Origin: Vicinamibacterales bacterium
GTDB lineage: Bacteria; Acidobacteriota; Vicinamibacteria; Vicinamibacterales; UBA8438
Direction: 5' to 3'
NCBI GenBank assembly: GCA_965116765.1
Contig: OZ220718.1
Location: forward strand, 1,391,672-1,455,671
Length of the DNA: 64,000 bases
The notes beneath the pieces are model-generated. The model did no database searches. It was not told the DNA's origin and saw only the letters and a program-made list of their open reading frames with translations. This document shows, piece by piece, positions 40,026 to 50,521 of the stretch. The stretch's first letter is position 1. Every line of letters begins with the position of its first letter. The translations under genes were made by a program, and so were the position numbers.

Positions 40026-40988
40026 TCAACGACCGGCAGCAACGGCGGCCTCCTCGAGCCGCGCGCCGGCGAGCATGTTCGCGGCGGCGTAGTTCCCCTC
40101 GTGACAGGCGTTCTCGAAGAGCGGCAGCGGGTTCCTCCGCAGCGTCTGCACCGCGGTCCAGGGGGCCGTCCAGATGGTCGGGTCCTCGATCGTGTACTCG
40201 TACTCGATGACGCCGGGGCCCGCCCGGGTGAACCGCTCGACGAGATGGGCCTCCCGGCTCGCGCCGACCAGGGGCAGCCAGCGGTCGAAGCTCGTGGTCT
40301 CGACCACCAGGGTGTCGCCCTCCCATCGGCCTCGCGAGTCGCCCAGCCACTGCCGGATGCCGCCGTGCGGGCGGTCGGTGATGGGGATGATGCGGGTGGT
40401 GTTGAGCATCTCGACGAGCATCACCAGGTGATCCTCGGTCTGGAAGATCTGGACGTTGTTGTTGTAGGCGACGGGAAAGATGGGCAGTCCGGTCGTCCCC
40501 AGGCAGCGGTCGAAGTAGCTGAGGTCCTCGATCTGCTCCAGCGGCGCCGACCCGAACGACCCGGGCGCGCTGAACCGGGTGCGGCCCTCGTCGGTCCGCG
40601 GCGGCCGGCGGCCGTTCGGCGGGTCGACGATGAGCGAGGTCCGCCGGGTGCCGACCACCTCGGTGCCGAAGTCCATCCAGAAGCGGTTGTAGGCGCCGAT
40701 CGACCCGCCCGCCTCGGTGCGTTGGGCCGGCGCCCGATCCGCCGCCTCGTTCTGCTCGACCGCGCCCTGCTCGAGGGCCCGTACCTCTTCCTCGGTCAGA
40801 AACTCCCGGTCGCCGTACTGCTCCGGCCGCTCGAGCGGCGTCAGGGTCCTGAAGTCCCACACGCCGTTCAGGTCGGGCGCGCCCCACGGCGTTCGCGGCA
40901 CGTCGGCAGATTGGGCGGAAGCGGCGGCCGGCGCCAGGAGCAGCGCCAGTGCGAGCAGGGTGGTAGCGGACTGATGAGACACGCGCAT
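40026..40988 (-). CDS. uncharacterised secreted protein, PWGxPDLxGxW...ACHEGNY family
   Basis: 320 aa with a signal peptide. Motifs: TPWGAPDLNGVWDFRTLTPLERP, IVDPPNGRRPPRT, GRWEGDTLVVETT, FENACHEGNYAAANMLAGARLEE. Confidence 0.8.
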   Translation of the reverse strand: MRVSHQSATTLLALALLLAPAAASAQSADVPRTPWGAPDLNGVWDFRTLTPLERPEQYGDREFLTEEEVRALEQGAVEQNEAADRAPAQRTEAGGSIGAYNRFWMDFGTEVVGTRRTSLIVDPPNGRRPPRTDEGRTRFSAPGSFGSAPLEQIEDLSYFDRCLGTTGLPIFPVAYNNNVQIFQTEDHLVMLVEMLNTTRIIPITDRPHGGIRQWLGDSRGRWEGDTLVVETTSFDRWLPLVGASREAHLVERFTRAGPGVIEYEYTIEDPTIWTAPWTAVQTLRRNPLPLFENACHEGNYAAANMLAGARLEEAAVAAGR

Positions 40989-41207
40989 TCGGCTCTACTC
41001 CAGACTGGGTTCCCGATCAGGGTCTCCGTGCCGCCGGCGTCGAGCTCCTCAGGACCGCGCCACCGACGCCGGTACCCGTCCATCCTGGCGTCCCGCGGCA
41101 ACTCCCGCGACACGCCAACCAGGCTGCATCCAGTCGTGAACGTCCCGCCTTGCCGCCCGGGTACAGCCCGCCTCAAACCCTAGCAGACGGCTCCCGGCCC
41201 CACAAGC

Positions 41208-41342
41208 CGACAGCCCGCGGCTCTTCGTCTGCGGACGCTCTGGCGCTCGTCCCCGCACCCCCCGCCGCGGAACGACAGCCCACGGGCTCTTCGTCTGCGG
41301 ACGCTCTGGCGCTCGTCCCCGCACCCCCCGCGGCGGAACGAA
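41208..41342. repeat. 65-bp x2 tandem duplication in a divergent intergenic region
   Basis: cgacagccc(g/a)cgggctcttcgtctgcggacgctctggcgctcgtccccgcaccccccgc(c/g)gcggaa occurs twice (period 65, 2-3 mismatches), followed by a partial third start. Confidence 0.9.
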
Positions 41343-41527
41343 CGAGACGCCGGCAATCTTGACACCCAATCTGGCGTGACCGCCTCGCGAACGACCCAGG
41401 CGACGCCACCCGTCCATCTCGGGCGATGTTTCGATGTCAATGCCCGACTACCCCGAGCCGCTCAAAGTTGCGCAAAACACTCAATAGTTGCGTGTAGAAT
41501 CGTCTACGCGCAACTTCAGGGAGCATC

Positions 41528-42930
41528 GTGGCACGCCGCATACCGGAAGAGGACCTGCGGGAGATCGAGCGGGTGGTGCGACAGCACCCCGACGGCTTGA
41601 CGGCGCAGCAGATCGACGACGCTCTGCCGTCCGCGCCCCCGCGCCGCACCCTGCAATACCGTCTGAGGCTCCTTGCAGGCCGCGAGCGCCTGGTCATGGA
41701 GGGCACGGGCCGCGGGGCACGCTACCGAGCACCCCGAGTGATCTCCGTGGCGGCGGAATCGGCCGGAAGTCCAGGCGCCCCGAGGGCGACCATCGAAGTG
41801 CTGCCGGCGCTGTCCGACCCCGGCGCCGCGATTCGGGAGCATGTCCACCGGCCGCTGCCGTCGCGTACTCCGGTTGGCTACGATCAGGAGTTCCTCCACG
41901 CGTACCGGCCCAACGAGACGTTCTATCTGTCCGAGGCGGAAAGGGATCTTCTTCACCGCATCGGCAGGCCGGCGACCCCCCAACGACAGCCGGCCGGCAC
42001 CTACGCCAAGCAGCTCTTGAGCAGGCTGCTGCTCGATCTCTCGTGGAACTCCAGCCGTCTCGAAGGCAATACCTATTCCCTGCTGGATACCAAGCGCCTC
42101 ATCGAGGTCGGCGAGAGGGCGGAAGGAAAGCAGCGGCACGAAGCGCAGATGATTCTGAACCACAAAGCCGCCATCGAGTTTCTGGTGAGCTCGGCCGAAG
42201 AAATCGACTTCAACCGCACACGATCCTCAACCTTCATGCGCTGCTGGCCGACAACCTGCTCGGCGACCCGGGGGCGGTGGGTCGACTCCGTCGCATCCCC
42301 GTCGGCATAGAGCGGTCTGTCTTTCATCCGCTCGAGGTGCCTCACGTCATCGAAGAGTGCTTCGACCAGTTGCTGGCCACCTCCTCGGCGATCACCGATC
42401 CGTTCGAGCAGGCGTTCTTCGCGATGGTGCAGCTTCCCTACTTGCAGCCGTTCGACGATGTCAACAAGCGGGTATCGAGACTCGCGGCCAACATCCCTCT
42501 GATCAGGGCCAATCTATCGCCGCTCTCGTTCGGGGACGTGTCGCGGGAACTCTATGCAGACGCCACGCTCGGGGTATACGAGCTGAAGCGCATCGAGCTG
42601 CTTCGAGACGTGTTCATCTGGGCCTACGAGCGGTCGGCGGCGCACTACGCCGCCGTCAGGCAATCGCTGGGCGAGCCGGATCCGTTCCGGATGCGTTACC
42701 GGGACAAGTTGCATGACGTTGTCGGCGCGGTAGTCCGAGGACGCATGGATCAGAAGCACGCCACCGCTCACGTGAACGCGTGGGCGGACAGACACGTGGA
42801 CGCGCAGGACCGGGAGCGGTTTCGCGAAATCGCCGAGAGAGAATTGCTGAGTCTGCACCAGGGCAACTTCGCCCGCTACCGCATCCGTCCGTCCGAATTC
42901 GCCGCCTGGCAGGCGACCTGGAACCGGTAA
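41528..42930 (+). pseudogene. wHTH-Fic/Doc family protein with a non-canonical active-site motif, one frameshift as assembled
   Basis: ORF 41528..42310 carries the N-terminal wHTH and the Fic_N-like LSWNSSRLEGNTYSLLDTKRLIE. The frame of ORF 41488..42930 carries HTILNLHALLADNLL...LPYLQPFDDVNKRVSRLAANIPLI. The frame change is near 42211-42220. Confidence 0.75.
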
Positions 42931-43051
42931 CCGCTCGGGGCGCCCCTGTTCGGCAGCCGCCGGCCCGGCTCTTCGGCCGGACCGGTTGCCCGTCACGGCG
43001 GGCGACACGCAGGCCGGACAGGGGCGTGGACAGGGGCCCGCAGCCGCGCTC

Positions 43052-45025
43052 CTACGGCAACGCCAGCGCGATCCACTCGCCGGGGTGGTCCAGCGAGCCG
43101 ATGGGCAGCACGATGTACTGCTTGCCCCCGTGCATGTAGGTGATCGGCGAGCCGACGTTGCCGGCCGGGAAGGTCGTCTCCCACACCACGTCGCCGGTCT
43201 CCTTGTCGAAGGCGCGGAAGCCCCTGCCGGCGTCGGGGCCGGCGCCGGGCGGGGTGCGGACCATGATGGGGTCGCCCTCGCTGACGAAGAGCAGGGTGCT
43301 GGTGAGCAGGGTCATCGCGCGGCCCGGCTGGCCGAGGGGCGGCAGGTCGAGATGGGCGATGGCGGGGTGGTCGCGGGGACCGTCGCCGTTGGCGACCATC
43401 CACACGTGCTCGCCGGTGTTCATGTCGATGGCGGTGATGCGGCCGTAGGGGGGCTTGAGCAGCGGCAGCCCCTGCGGCCCCTGGGGGAACGCGCGGGTGC
43501 CGCGGGTGTAGCGCACGTTCATGCGGTCGGGGTTGCCGGGGGTGAGGTCGGCCGCGAAGGTGCCGGTCACCGACGGCACGTAGAGCATGCCGGTCTCGGG
43601 GTCGAAGCCGGCCCCGCCCCACTCGGCCCCGCCCACCGAGCCGGGGAGCTGCAGGGTGCCCTTGGTGTCATCGTCGCCGTCGCCGCGGATCGACGGCGGG
43701 GTGTAGATCTCGCCCAGCACGAACGGCGCGGCGATCTCCTCGGCCTCGGCCCGCAGCTCGGGCGTGAAGTCGATGAGGGTGTCGACGGAGATGCCGTGCA
43801 CGTCGAACGGGGCGGGCCTGGTGGGGAACGGCTGGGTGGGCGAGATCCACTCGCCGGGGGTGTCCGAGCCCGGCACGGGGCGCTCGACGATGGGCCACAC
43901 CGGCTCGCCCGTCACCCGGTCGAAGGTGTAGGCCATGGCCTGCTTGGTGAGCTGCACCACCGCCTTGATCTCGCGGCCGTCGACCTCGATGTCCATCAGG
44001 ATGGGGGCCACGTTGTTGTCGTAGTCCCACAGGTCGTGGTGCACCATCTGGAAGTGCCACACCATCTCGCCGGTCTCGGCCCGCACGCAGACGAGGCTGT
44101 TGGCGTAGAGGTTGTTGCCGGGCCGGTGCCCGCCGTACATGTCGTTGCTGGGCGCCCCCGTCGGCAGGTAGACGAGCCCGAGCTCCTCGTCGGCGCTCAT
44201 CATCGTCCACACGTTGCCCATGCCCGAGTACTCCCACGAGTCGTCGAGCCAGGTCTCGACCCCCGGCTCGCCGGCCCGCGGAATCGGGTTCCAGGTCCAC
44301 CGGAGGGCGCCGGTGCGGACGTCGTAGGCGCGGACGTAGCCGGGGCGGTTCTCCATGGTCAGGGGATGGTCGGCCATGGCCTGCCCGACCACCACCACGT
44401 CGCGGACGACGAGGGGCGGCGAGGTGAAGTTGAAGTCGACGAGCTCGTCGGTGTCCTCGAAGACGCGGAGGTCGACCATGCCGGCGTCGCCGAACTCGGG
44501 GACGAGCCGGCCGGTGTCCGCGTCGGTGGCGAGCAGGTACGGCGGCCGCACCGACAGGATGCGGCGGCCGGCCCCGGCCTCGTCCTCCCAGTAGCCGACG
44601 CCGCGGTTGGCGGCGCCCCGCGGGGTCTCGTCGTCGGTGAGGAACGGCAGGTCCTGCACCCAGCGGGTCTCGCCGGTCGCGGGGTCGAAGGCCTCGACGA
44701 TGCCGATGCCGTTCGAGGCGTAGAGCACGCCGTCGACCATCAGCGGCGTCGACCGCAGGTTGTTCGAGTAGCGCAGGTTGTCCCAGCGCGCGTGCAGGCT
44801 CGCGTCGACGGCGGGGCGGCGCCAGACGATGCCGAGGTCGTGGACCGTCTCGGCGTCGATCTGATCGAGGGCCGCGTAGCGGGTGAAGCCGCTGTCGCCG
44901 CCGTGGACGCGCCACTCGCCGTCGGTGCCGTGCTGGGCCGCCGCGGTCGCGGCCATGCCGAGCATCCCGAGCAGGGCCGCACCCGCCAAGCCGCGGCCGG
45001 TTCTCGTCGTCGTCCTGTCGCTCAT
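43052..45025 (-). CDS. PQQ-dependent dehydrogenase (glucose/quinate-type), secreted
   Basis: 657 aa from the ATG at 45025. Signal peptide present. Motifs: DGEWRVHGGDSGFTRYAALDQI and HFQMVHHDLWDYDNNVAPILMD. Same length as 4460..6433 and alignable with it along its whole length by eye. Confidence 0.85.
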   Translation of the reverse strand: MSDRTTTRTGRGLAGAALLGMLGMAATAAAQHGTDGEWRVHGGDSGFTRYAALDQIDAETVHDLGIVWRRPAVDASLHARWDNLRYSNNLRSTPLMVDGVLYASNGIGIVEAFDPATGETRWVQDLPFLTDDETPRGAANRGVGYWEDEAGAGRRILSVRPPYLLATDADTGRLVPEFGDAGMVDLRVFEDTDELVDFNFTSPPLVVRDVVVVGQAMADHPLTMENRPGYVRAYDVRTGALRWTWNPIPRAGEPGVETWLDDSWEYSGMGNVWTMMSADEELGLVYLPTGAPSNDMYGGHRPGNNLYANSLVCVRAETGEMVWHFQMVHHDLWDYDNNVAPILMDIEVDGREIKAVVQLTKQAMAYTFDRVTGEPVWPIVERPVPGSDTPGEWISPTQPFPTRPAPFDVHGISVDTLIDFTPELRAEAEEIAAPFVLGEIYTPPSIRGDGDDDTKGTLQLPGSVGGAEWGGAGFDPETGMLYVPSVTGTFAADLTPGNPDRMNVRYTRGTRAFPQGPQGLPLLKPPYGRITAIDMNTGEHVWMVANGDGPRDHPAIAHLDLPPLGQPGRAMTLLTSTLLFVSEGDPIMVRTPPGAGPDAGRGFRAFDKETGDVVWETTFPAGNVGSPITYMHGGKQYIVLPIGSLDHPGEWIALALP

Positions 45026-45338
45026 CGGTTTCCCCGTTTCCTGCTCGACGCTTTCGTCGTGCGTCGTGCTTGACGCTGTCGACGGCCCGGACACCTCAGC
45101 CGCGCGGAGCCTTGGTGCTGCGCCATGACCCACGATTCGGGTGTGCGGTGCGGTGATTCTTCAACGGCTGCGCGCCGAAAAACCCGTGTCCGCCCCGGAA
45201 GTCCGGGACGTGAAGCGCCACTGGCCTGCCCGGACCCGACGGCGTGCTCCGGCGCATGTTCCCGGCCCCGGAGCGCCTGCGGCTCCGGAGCCGCCCGTCC
45301 CTGCCGACGAGCCGCACCGCTTCCTGCCGTACGGATCG

Positions 45339-45764
45339 CTACCGGATGGCCGAGAACTCCGTCGGCACGAGCATGCGCGCGTCGATGGTGTCGACCAGCG
45401 CCCGGTCCTCGGAGCGCTCGGCCGAGATGATGATGCGCTGGAACTCGGGGTCCTCCCCGAGCCTGGCCCACATCTCGTCGCGCGACTCGAGCGTCGGATA
45501 CCCCAGCATGTAGATGAACGTGTCGTCGGTGTCGTCGCCGGTGGCCGCGTTCCAGTAGCCGATGTTCTCCATGCCCGCCCGCTCGAACATGGCGGCGGTG
45601 TGGTCGCGGAACCGGTCGGACAGCTCGGCCCGCTTGCCGTCGACCGCCTTGTAGACGCGAAGCTCGAACACCCGCGACTCCGGCTGCTGGGCCGACAGGC
45701 CCCACGCCATCCCGAACACGCCGAAAGCAAAGCCCACCGCGGCCAGCGTCTTCCACATCCTCAT
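45339..45764 (-). CDS. NIPSNAP family protein with signal peptide
   Basis: ATG at 45764 follows GGGAGG. Motifs: VFELRVYKAVDGKRAELSDRFRDHTAAMFERAGMENIGYW...FIYMLGYPTLESRDEMW. Confidence 0.7.
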   Translation of the reverse strand: MRMWKTLAAVGFAFGVFGMAWGLSAQQPESRVFELRVYKAVDGKRAELSDRFRDHTAAMFERAGMENIGYWNAATGDDTDDTFIYMLGYPTLESRDEMWARLGEDPEFQRIIISAERSEDRALVDTIDARMLVPTEFSAIR

Positions 45765-45898
45765 TGCGAACCTCCCGCTATCGAGTAACCGATTCCCCAC
45801 CCTGCCGCGAGCCCCAAGGCTCGGGCGGGTGCTGCGTCATTGCAAACGGTTCCGTCCCCCGTGTCAAGCCGACGGCGCACTGATACGATCGCGCCCGC

Positions 45899-46819
45899 AT
45901 GGGCGACACCCCGGTGGTCCGCGTCTCCGGCATCCGGAAGGCCTACGGCGCGACGGTGGCGGTGGACGACGTCTCGTTCACGGTCGAGGCGGGCGAGATC
46001 TTCGGCCTGATCGGCCCCAACGGGGCCGGCAAGACCACCACCATGGAGTGCGTCGAGGGCCTGCGGCGGCCCGACCGGGGGCGCATCGAGGTGCTCGGGC
46101 TCGACCCCGTCCGCGACGCCGGCGCCCTTCAGCCCCGCATCGGCGTTCAGTTGCAGGAGGCGCAGCTCCAGAAGCGCATCAAGGTGTGGGAGGCGGTGGA
46201 CCTGTGGGCCGCCCTCTACGACACGTCGCTCGACGGCGACCGGCTGCTCGACCGGCTCGGGCTGACGGACCGGCGCGACGCGTGGTTCATGACCCTGTCG
46301 GGGGGCCAGAAGCAGCGGCTGTTCATCGCCCTCGCCCTGATCAACGCGCCCGAGCTGGTGTTCCTCGACGAGCTGACGACCGGCCTCGATCCCCAGGCGC
46401 GGCGGGCCATCTGGGACCTGGTGCGCGGCATCCGCGACCGCGGCCAGACGGTGTTCCTGACCACGCACCTGATGGAGGAGGCGGAGCGGCTGTGCGACCG
46501 CGTCGCCATCATCGAGCACGGGCGCATCGTCGACCACGACACGCCGGCCGGCCTCGTCGCCCGGCACTGCCCGCAGCGCACGGTGGTGGTGACGACCGCC
46601 CACGAGGAGGCGGCGGCCCGGTTCGCGGGACTGGCCTCGGTCGACACCGTCAGCCGCGACGGGGAACGGCACACCATCAGCGGACGCGGCGAGGACCTCG
46701 TGACCGAGGTCATCCACTGCCTGTCGGAGCACGGCATGCGGGTGACCGCGTTCCGCACCGAGGAGCCGACGCTGGAGGACGTCTTCCTCACCCTGACCGG
46801 CCACTCGATCCGCGACTGA
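45899..46819 (+). CDS. ABC transporter ATP-binding protein (ABC-2/DrrA-like)
   Basis: Walker A GPNGAGKTT, signature LSGGQKQRL, Walker B LVFLDELTTGLD, H-loop TTHLMEE. Confidence 0.9.
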   Translation: MGDTPVVRVSGIRKAYGATVAVDDVSFTVEAGEIFGLIGPNGAGKTTTMECVEGLRRPDRGRIEVLGLDPVRDAGALQPRIGVQLQEAQLQKRIKVWEAVDLWAALYDTSLDGDRLLDRLGLTDRRDAWFMTLSGGQKQRLFIALALINAPELVFLDELTTGLDPQARRAIWDLVRGIRDRGQTVFLTTHLMEEAERLCDRVAIIEHGRIVDHDTPAGLVARHCPQRTVVVTTAHEEAAARFAGLASVDTVSRDGERHTISGRGEDLVTEVIHCLSEHGMRVTAFRTEEPTLEDVFLTLTGHSIRD

Positions 46820-46843
46820 CCGGGACGGAGACCGCGGCCCCCA

Positions 46844-47614
46844 ATGTCCATGAACCCACCCCTCCCCCTGCGCGGCCTCGGCAAGCTCACCTGGCTCGAG
46901 ATCAAGATCTTCGTGCGCGAGCCGATGGGCCTCATCGGCTCGGTGGTCATCCCGGTGCTGATGTTCCTGGTGCTGGGGCGCACCTTCGGCCCGCGGCTCG
47001 CCGAGGGCACGTCGCCGACCGCGATGCTGATGCGCACCGGCCTCCCCGTCTTCGTGGCCGTGTTCATCGCCATCAGCGCGGTGCTGTCGCTGGTCGCGGT
47101 CATCGCCATCTACCGCGAGGGCGGCATCCTCAAGCGGCTGCGGGCGACCCCCATCAGCCCCGTCACCATTCTCGTGACCCACGTGCTGGTCAAGCTCGTC
47201 CTGACCGCGGTCACCGTCGTCCTGATGTTCCTCGCGGGCCGCCGCTACTACCCCGCCGGCGCCGACGTGCCGCTGCTCTCGTTCACGCTGGCGCTGCTGT
47301 TCAGCACCTGGAGCATCCTGTCCATCGGCTTCATCATCGCCAGCCTCGTGCGCACCGCGCGCTTCGCGCCGCCGCTCGGCAGCCTCTTCCTCTACTCGAT
47401 GCTGCCGTTCTGCGGGCTGTTCGTCCCGTTGGACGCGCTCCCGCCGGCGATGCAGGCGATATCGACGGTGATTCCCCTGACCTACGCCGTCTCCCTGCTC
47501 TCGGGCATCTGGCAGGGCGACCCGTGGTCGGCCCACCTCGGCGACGTCGCCGTGTTGCTCGTCGTCTTCGTCGTGTGCACCCTGATCGCGTCGCGGGTCT
47601 TTCGGTGGGAGTGA
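46844..47614 (+). CDS. ABC-2 type transporter permease
   Basis: 256 aa with six predicted hydrophobic helices, starting 24 nt downstream of the ATPase gene. Confidence 0.8.
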   Translation: MSMNPPLPLRGLGKLTWLEIKIFVREPMGLIGSVVIPVLMFLVLGRTFGPRLAEGTSPTAMLMRTGLPVFVAVFIAISAVLSLVAVIAIYREGGILKRLRATPISPVTILVTHVLVKLVLTAVTVVLMFLAGRRYYPAGADVPLLSFTLALLFSTWSILSIGFIIASLVRTARFAPPLGSLFLYSMLPFCGLFVPLDALPPAMQAISTVIPLTYAVSLLSGIWQGDPWSAHLGDVAVLLVVFVVCTLIASRVFRWE

Positions 47615-47946
47615 GACGAGGGCTTCGGAATACGTTCACCGGTGCGGATCCGCCACTCGCCGAAGAGCGCTGGCGCTGCCGCGCGGTCGGCGTCAGGGTG
47701 GACTCCGACGACAACCGAGGGAGTTGCACGTTGACCGATTCGATCCCGGACCACGACGAAGCCCCGCACTCAGGGCGCCGGCACTCAAACCGTCCGGTTC
47801 CGGGAAAATCGGGTAGGCTGGGCCGGCTGAGTCACTTCGTGCCGGCAGTTGCGCCGCGGCGCGTTCTCTCGGAGGTCATCACGGACCTCAGGCTCACTGT
47901 CCGGCGTCAACTGCCGACGCAACGAAGCAGCCGCAGAGGGTTTTCC

Positions 47947-49904
47947 ATGGGCGACCGTCGACCGGCGGGGCTCGGCGTGTTGATCATCGCGACGTTCGTC
48001 TCGAGTGTCGTGCCGTCCGCCCAGCAGCCCCCAACCTTCCGGAGCGGCGTCGAGCTCATCGAGGTGGACGCCACCGTCATCGACGGCGACGGCAACCCCA
48101 TTCCCGACCTGCGGGCGGCGGACTTTTCGGTGACCGTCGACGGGGAGCCCCGCGCCGTCGTCCAGGCGCAGTTCATCTCGTTGCGCGCGCCCGAGAGGAG
48201 CTCCCTCCCGGCCGACTTCCCGGCCGAGGACGCCGGGTACACGTCCAACGCGGACGCGGACCCCGGCCGGCTCATCGTGATCCTGGTCGACGAGGAGAGC
48301 ATGCCGTGGGGAGAGGGGCGCCGCCTGATGGACGCGGCCGCCGGGTTCGTCGACAGCCTGGGCCCCGGCGACCGCGTCTCGGTGGTGGCGATGCCGCAGC
48401 CCGGCGTCTACATCGACTTCACGTCCGACCACGACCGGGCCCGCCGCGCGGTCGAGGGCATGTCGGGTCTGGGCGTCCCGGCGATGGGCGGGGCACGTCG
48501 ATCGAGTTCGAGATCCTGCAGGAGACGCGCCGCCGCACCGCGGCCGTGCTGCACGGCATCGAGTCCATCCTCGAGGGCATGCGTGGGGTGGAGGGCCCCA
48601 AGGCGCTCGTGTGGCTCTCCGGCGGCCTGGTGATCGCCGGAGAGGAGCTGGGCCTGAAGAGAATCGCGGACCTCGCCGCCGCCTCGCGCACGACGCTGTA
48701 CATCTTCATGCTCGACGAGCTGCTCGTCGACGGGTCCCGGGCGGCGTCCGGGGCATTGCCGGACGCCTTCGTGGTCGAGAACTCGCCCATGCGAGGGGGA
48801 GGACCGGGCGGAGTCGAGGCGGCCCCCGGGGCAGGGGGGGCGGCAGGTGCGGGGCTGCGGCTGGGCCCGCCGAGCCGCCGGGTGCAGGAGCAGGGCCTGA
48901 TGGCGGCGGCGTCGATGACCGGCGGCAGCCTCTTGCGCACCTACTACAACCCCGGGCCGCTGTTCGACCGGCTCGAAAGGGAGCTCTCCGGCTACTACCT
49001 GCTGGGCGTGGAATCGACCGCGGGCGACCGGGGCGGGGAGTTCCGCGACATCGACGTGTCGGTGCGGCGCGACGGCGCCCGCGTCCGCTCGCACCGCCGG
49101 GTCCACGTCCCGCCGGAGGAGGCGGGAACCGGCGCCGCCGAGCGCCTCCTGCGCCTGTTGCGATCGCCGGTGGCGGTGCGCGAGCTGCCGTTGCGCGTGG
49201 CGACGTACGCCTACCGCAACGCCACGAGCTACAGCGAGCCGATGCGGGTCCTGATCGGCGCGGAGGTCGATGCCCCGGGCGGCGCGCCCGCGACGCTGGA
49301 GGTGGGGTACCTGGTGCGCGACGCGGCCGGCGTGGAGACGGCCCGCGCGACGATGCAGGTCGCTCCGAGGCTGGTACGGAAGCCGGGCGGACCGGTCCTC
49401 GAGGTCGCCATCTCGGTGCCGCTGGAGCAGCCGGGCGCGTACTCGCTGCAGCTGGCCGCCATCGACGCGGTGGGGCGGCGCGGCAGCGTGGAGCACCCGA
49501 TGCGCGTACCCCGGTTGTCGGGCGAGCCGCTCGCCGCCGGCGACCTGATGCTGGCCGACCAGGCTTCGGCGCCGTCGGGTCGGATACTCCCGCAGGTCGA
49601 GGCGCAGGTGACGAGCGGGCGCCTGCTGGCCTTCACGGAGCTGTACGCGCGGTCCCGGTTGCGGTGGGACGACACCCGGGTCGAGGTCGACGTGGTGAAC
49701 GGCGCGGGCGGGCCGGTCGTCGCGCGGGGGCCGGCCGTGCTGAACGGTGCGGACGGCACCCGGCGCCGCCGGGCCACGGCCGTCGTCGCGGTGCCCCACC
49801 TGCCGCCCGGGCGCTACGTGGCGCGCGCCCGCGTGATGCGCGACGACGCCGAGGTGGCCCGGGTGCGCCGACCGTTCCGGATCATCTCGCAGCCCGTCCC
49901 GTAG
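47947..49904 (+). pseudogene. VWFA-related Acidobacterial-domain protein, one frameshift as assembled
   Basis: From the ATG at 47947: signal peptide, then FRSGVELIEVDATVIDGDGNPIPDLRAADFSVTVDGEPRAV...RLIVILVDEES. After a lost G in a G-run near 48487-48494 it continues in ORF 48306..49904 (GTSIEFEILQ...ALVWLSGG...). Confidence 0.75.
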
Positions 49905-49915
49905 CCCTGGCGCCC

Positions 49916-50173
49916 TCAAGCCGTGTCGCGTCTCGCGATCCACTCGCGGAGCGCGTCGTTGATCCGCGTCTGCCAACCACGGCCGCCGGCCTTGAAGTGC
50001 TCGACCACGTCCGGTGAGAGACGGATGGTGGTCGAAACCTTCCGATTGGCGATCGGCGGCCGGCCGCGGCGGACGGTCGCCTGAGCGAACCGCTCGGGCC
50101 AGCCGTCCGTGGAAAGGTCGGGAGCGGTATCGGGGTCAAAACCGCGGACCGTAGAGCCTTCGTTCCCTTTCAT
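49916..50173 (-). CDS. brnA: BrnA-family antitoxin
   Basis: 85 aa. GRPPIANRKVSTTIRLSPDVVEHFKAGGRGWQTRINDALREWI is the BrnA pattern. It overlaps the 3' end of brnT. Confidence 0.8.
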   Translation of the reverse strand: MKGNEGSTVRGFDPDTAPDLSTDGWPERFAQATVRRGRPPIANRKVSTTIRLSPDVVEHFKAGGRGWQTRINDALREWIARRDTA

Positions 50174-50405
50174 TGGCCTTCCTCATGCTGATGACCCGAT
50201 ACGCTCCGTTACGGGGAGTCCAGACGACGACCACCATGGCGCCATCGAGAAAACCGATGGTGATGAAGCGATCCTCGCCATAGCGCCGCCGATCGTCCTC
50301 CGCGGTCAGCGTCGCGCCCGTCAGCACCTCCTCCGCCCTGGCCATGTCCAGCCCTCTGGCTTCGAGGGTGGCGGCGCGCTTGGCCGCGTCGAACTCGATC
50401 TGCAT
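50136..50405 (-). CDS. brnT: BrnT-family (DUF497) toxin
   Basis: 89 aa. FDAAKRAATLEARGLDMARAEEVL...EDRFITIGFLDGAMVVVVWTPRNGAYRVISMRKANERE is the BrnT pattern. Confidence 0.8.
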   Translation of the reverse strand: MQIEFDAAKRAATLEARGLDMARAEEVLTGATLTAEDDRRRYGEDRFITIGFLDGAMVVVVWTPRNGAYRVISMRKANERERRLYGPRF

Positions 50406-50521
50406 GATTCATGTTACTACAATAAATCTCCATCATCGCGGAGTTGCAGCCGCGCCGACGCGCGCGAGGCGCCTCGGCGCAAAGCGCGGCGCTCGCGCCG
50501 ACCCCAATGATGCGCGGTGGG

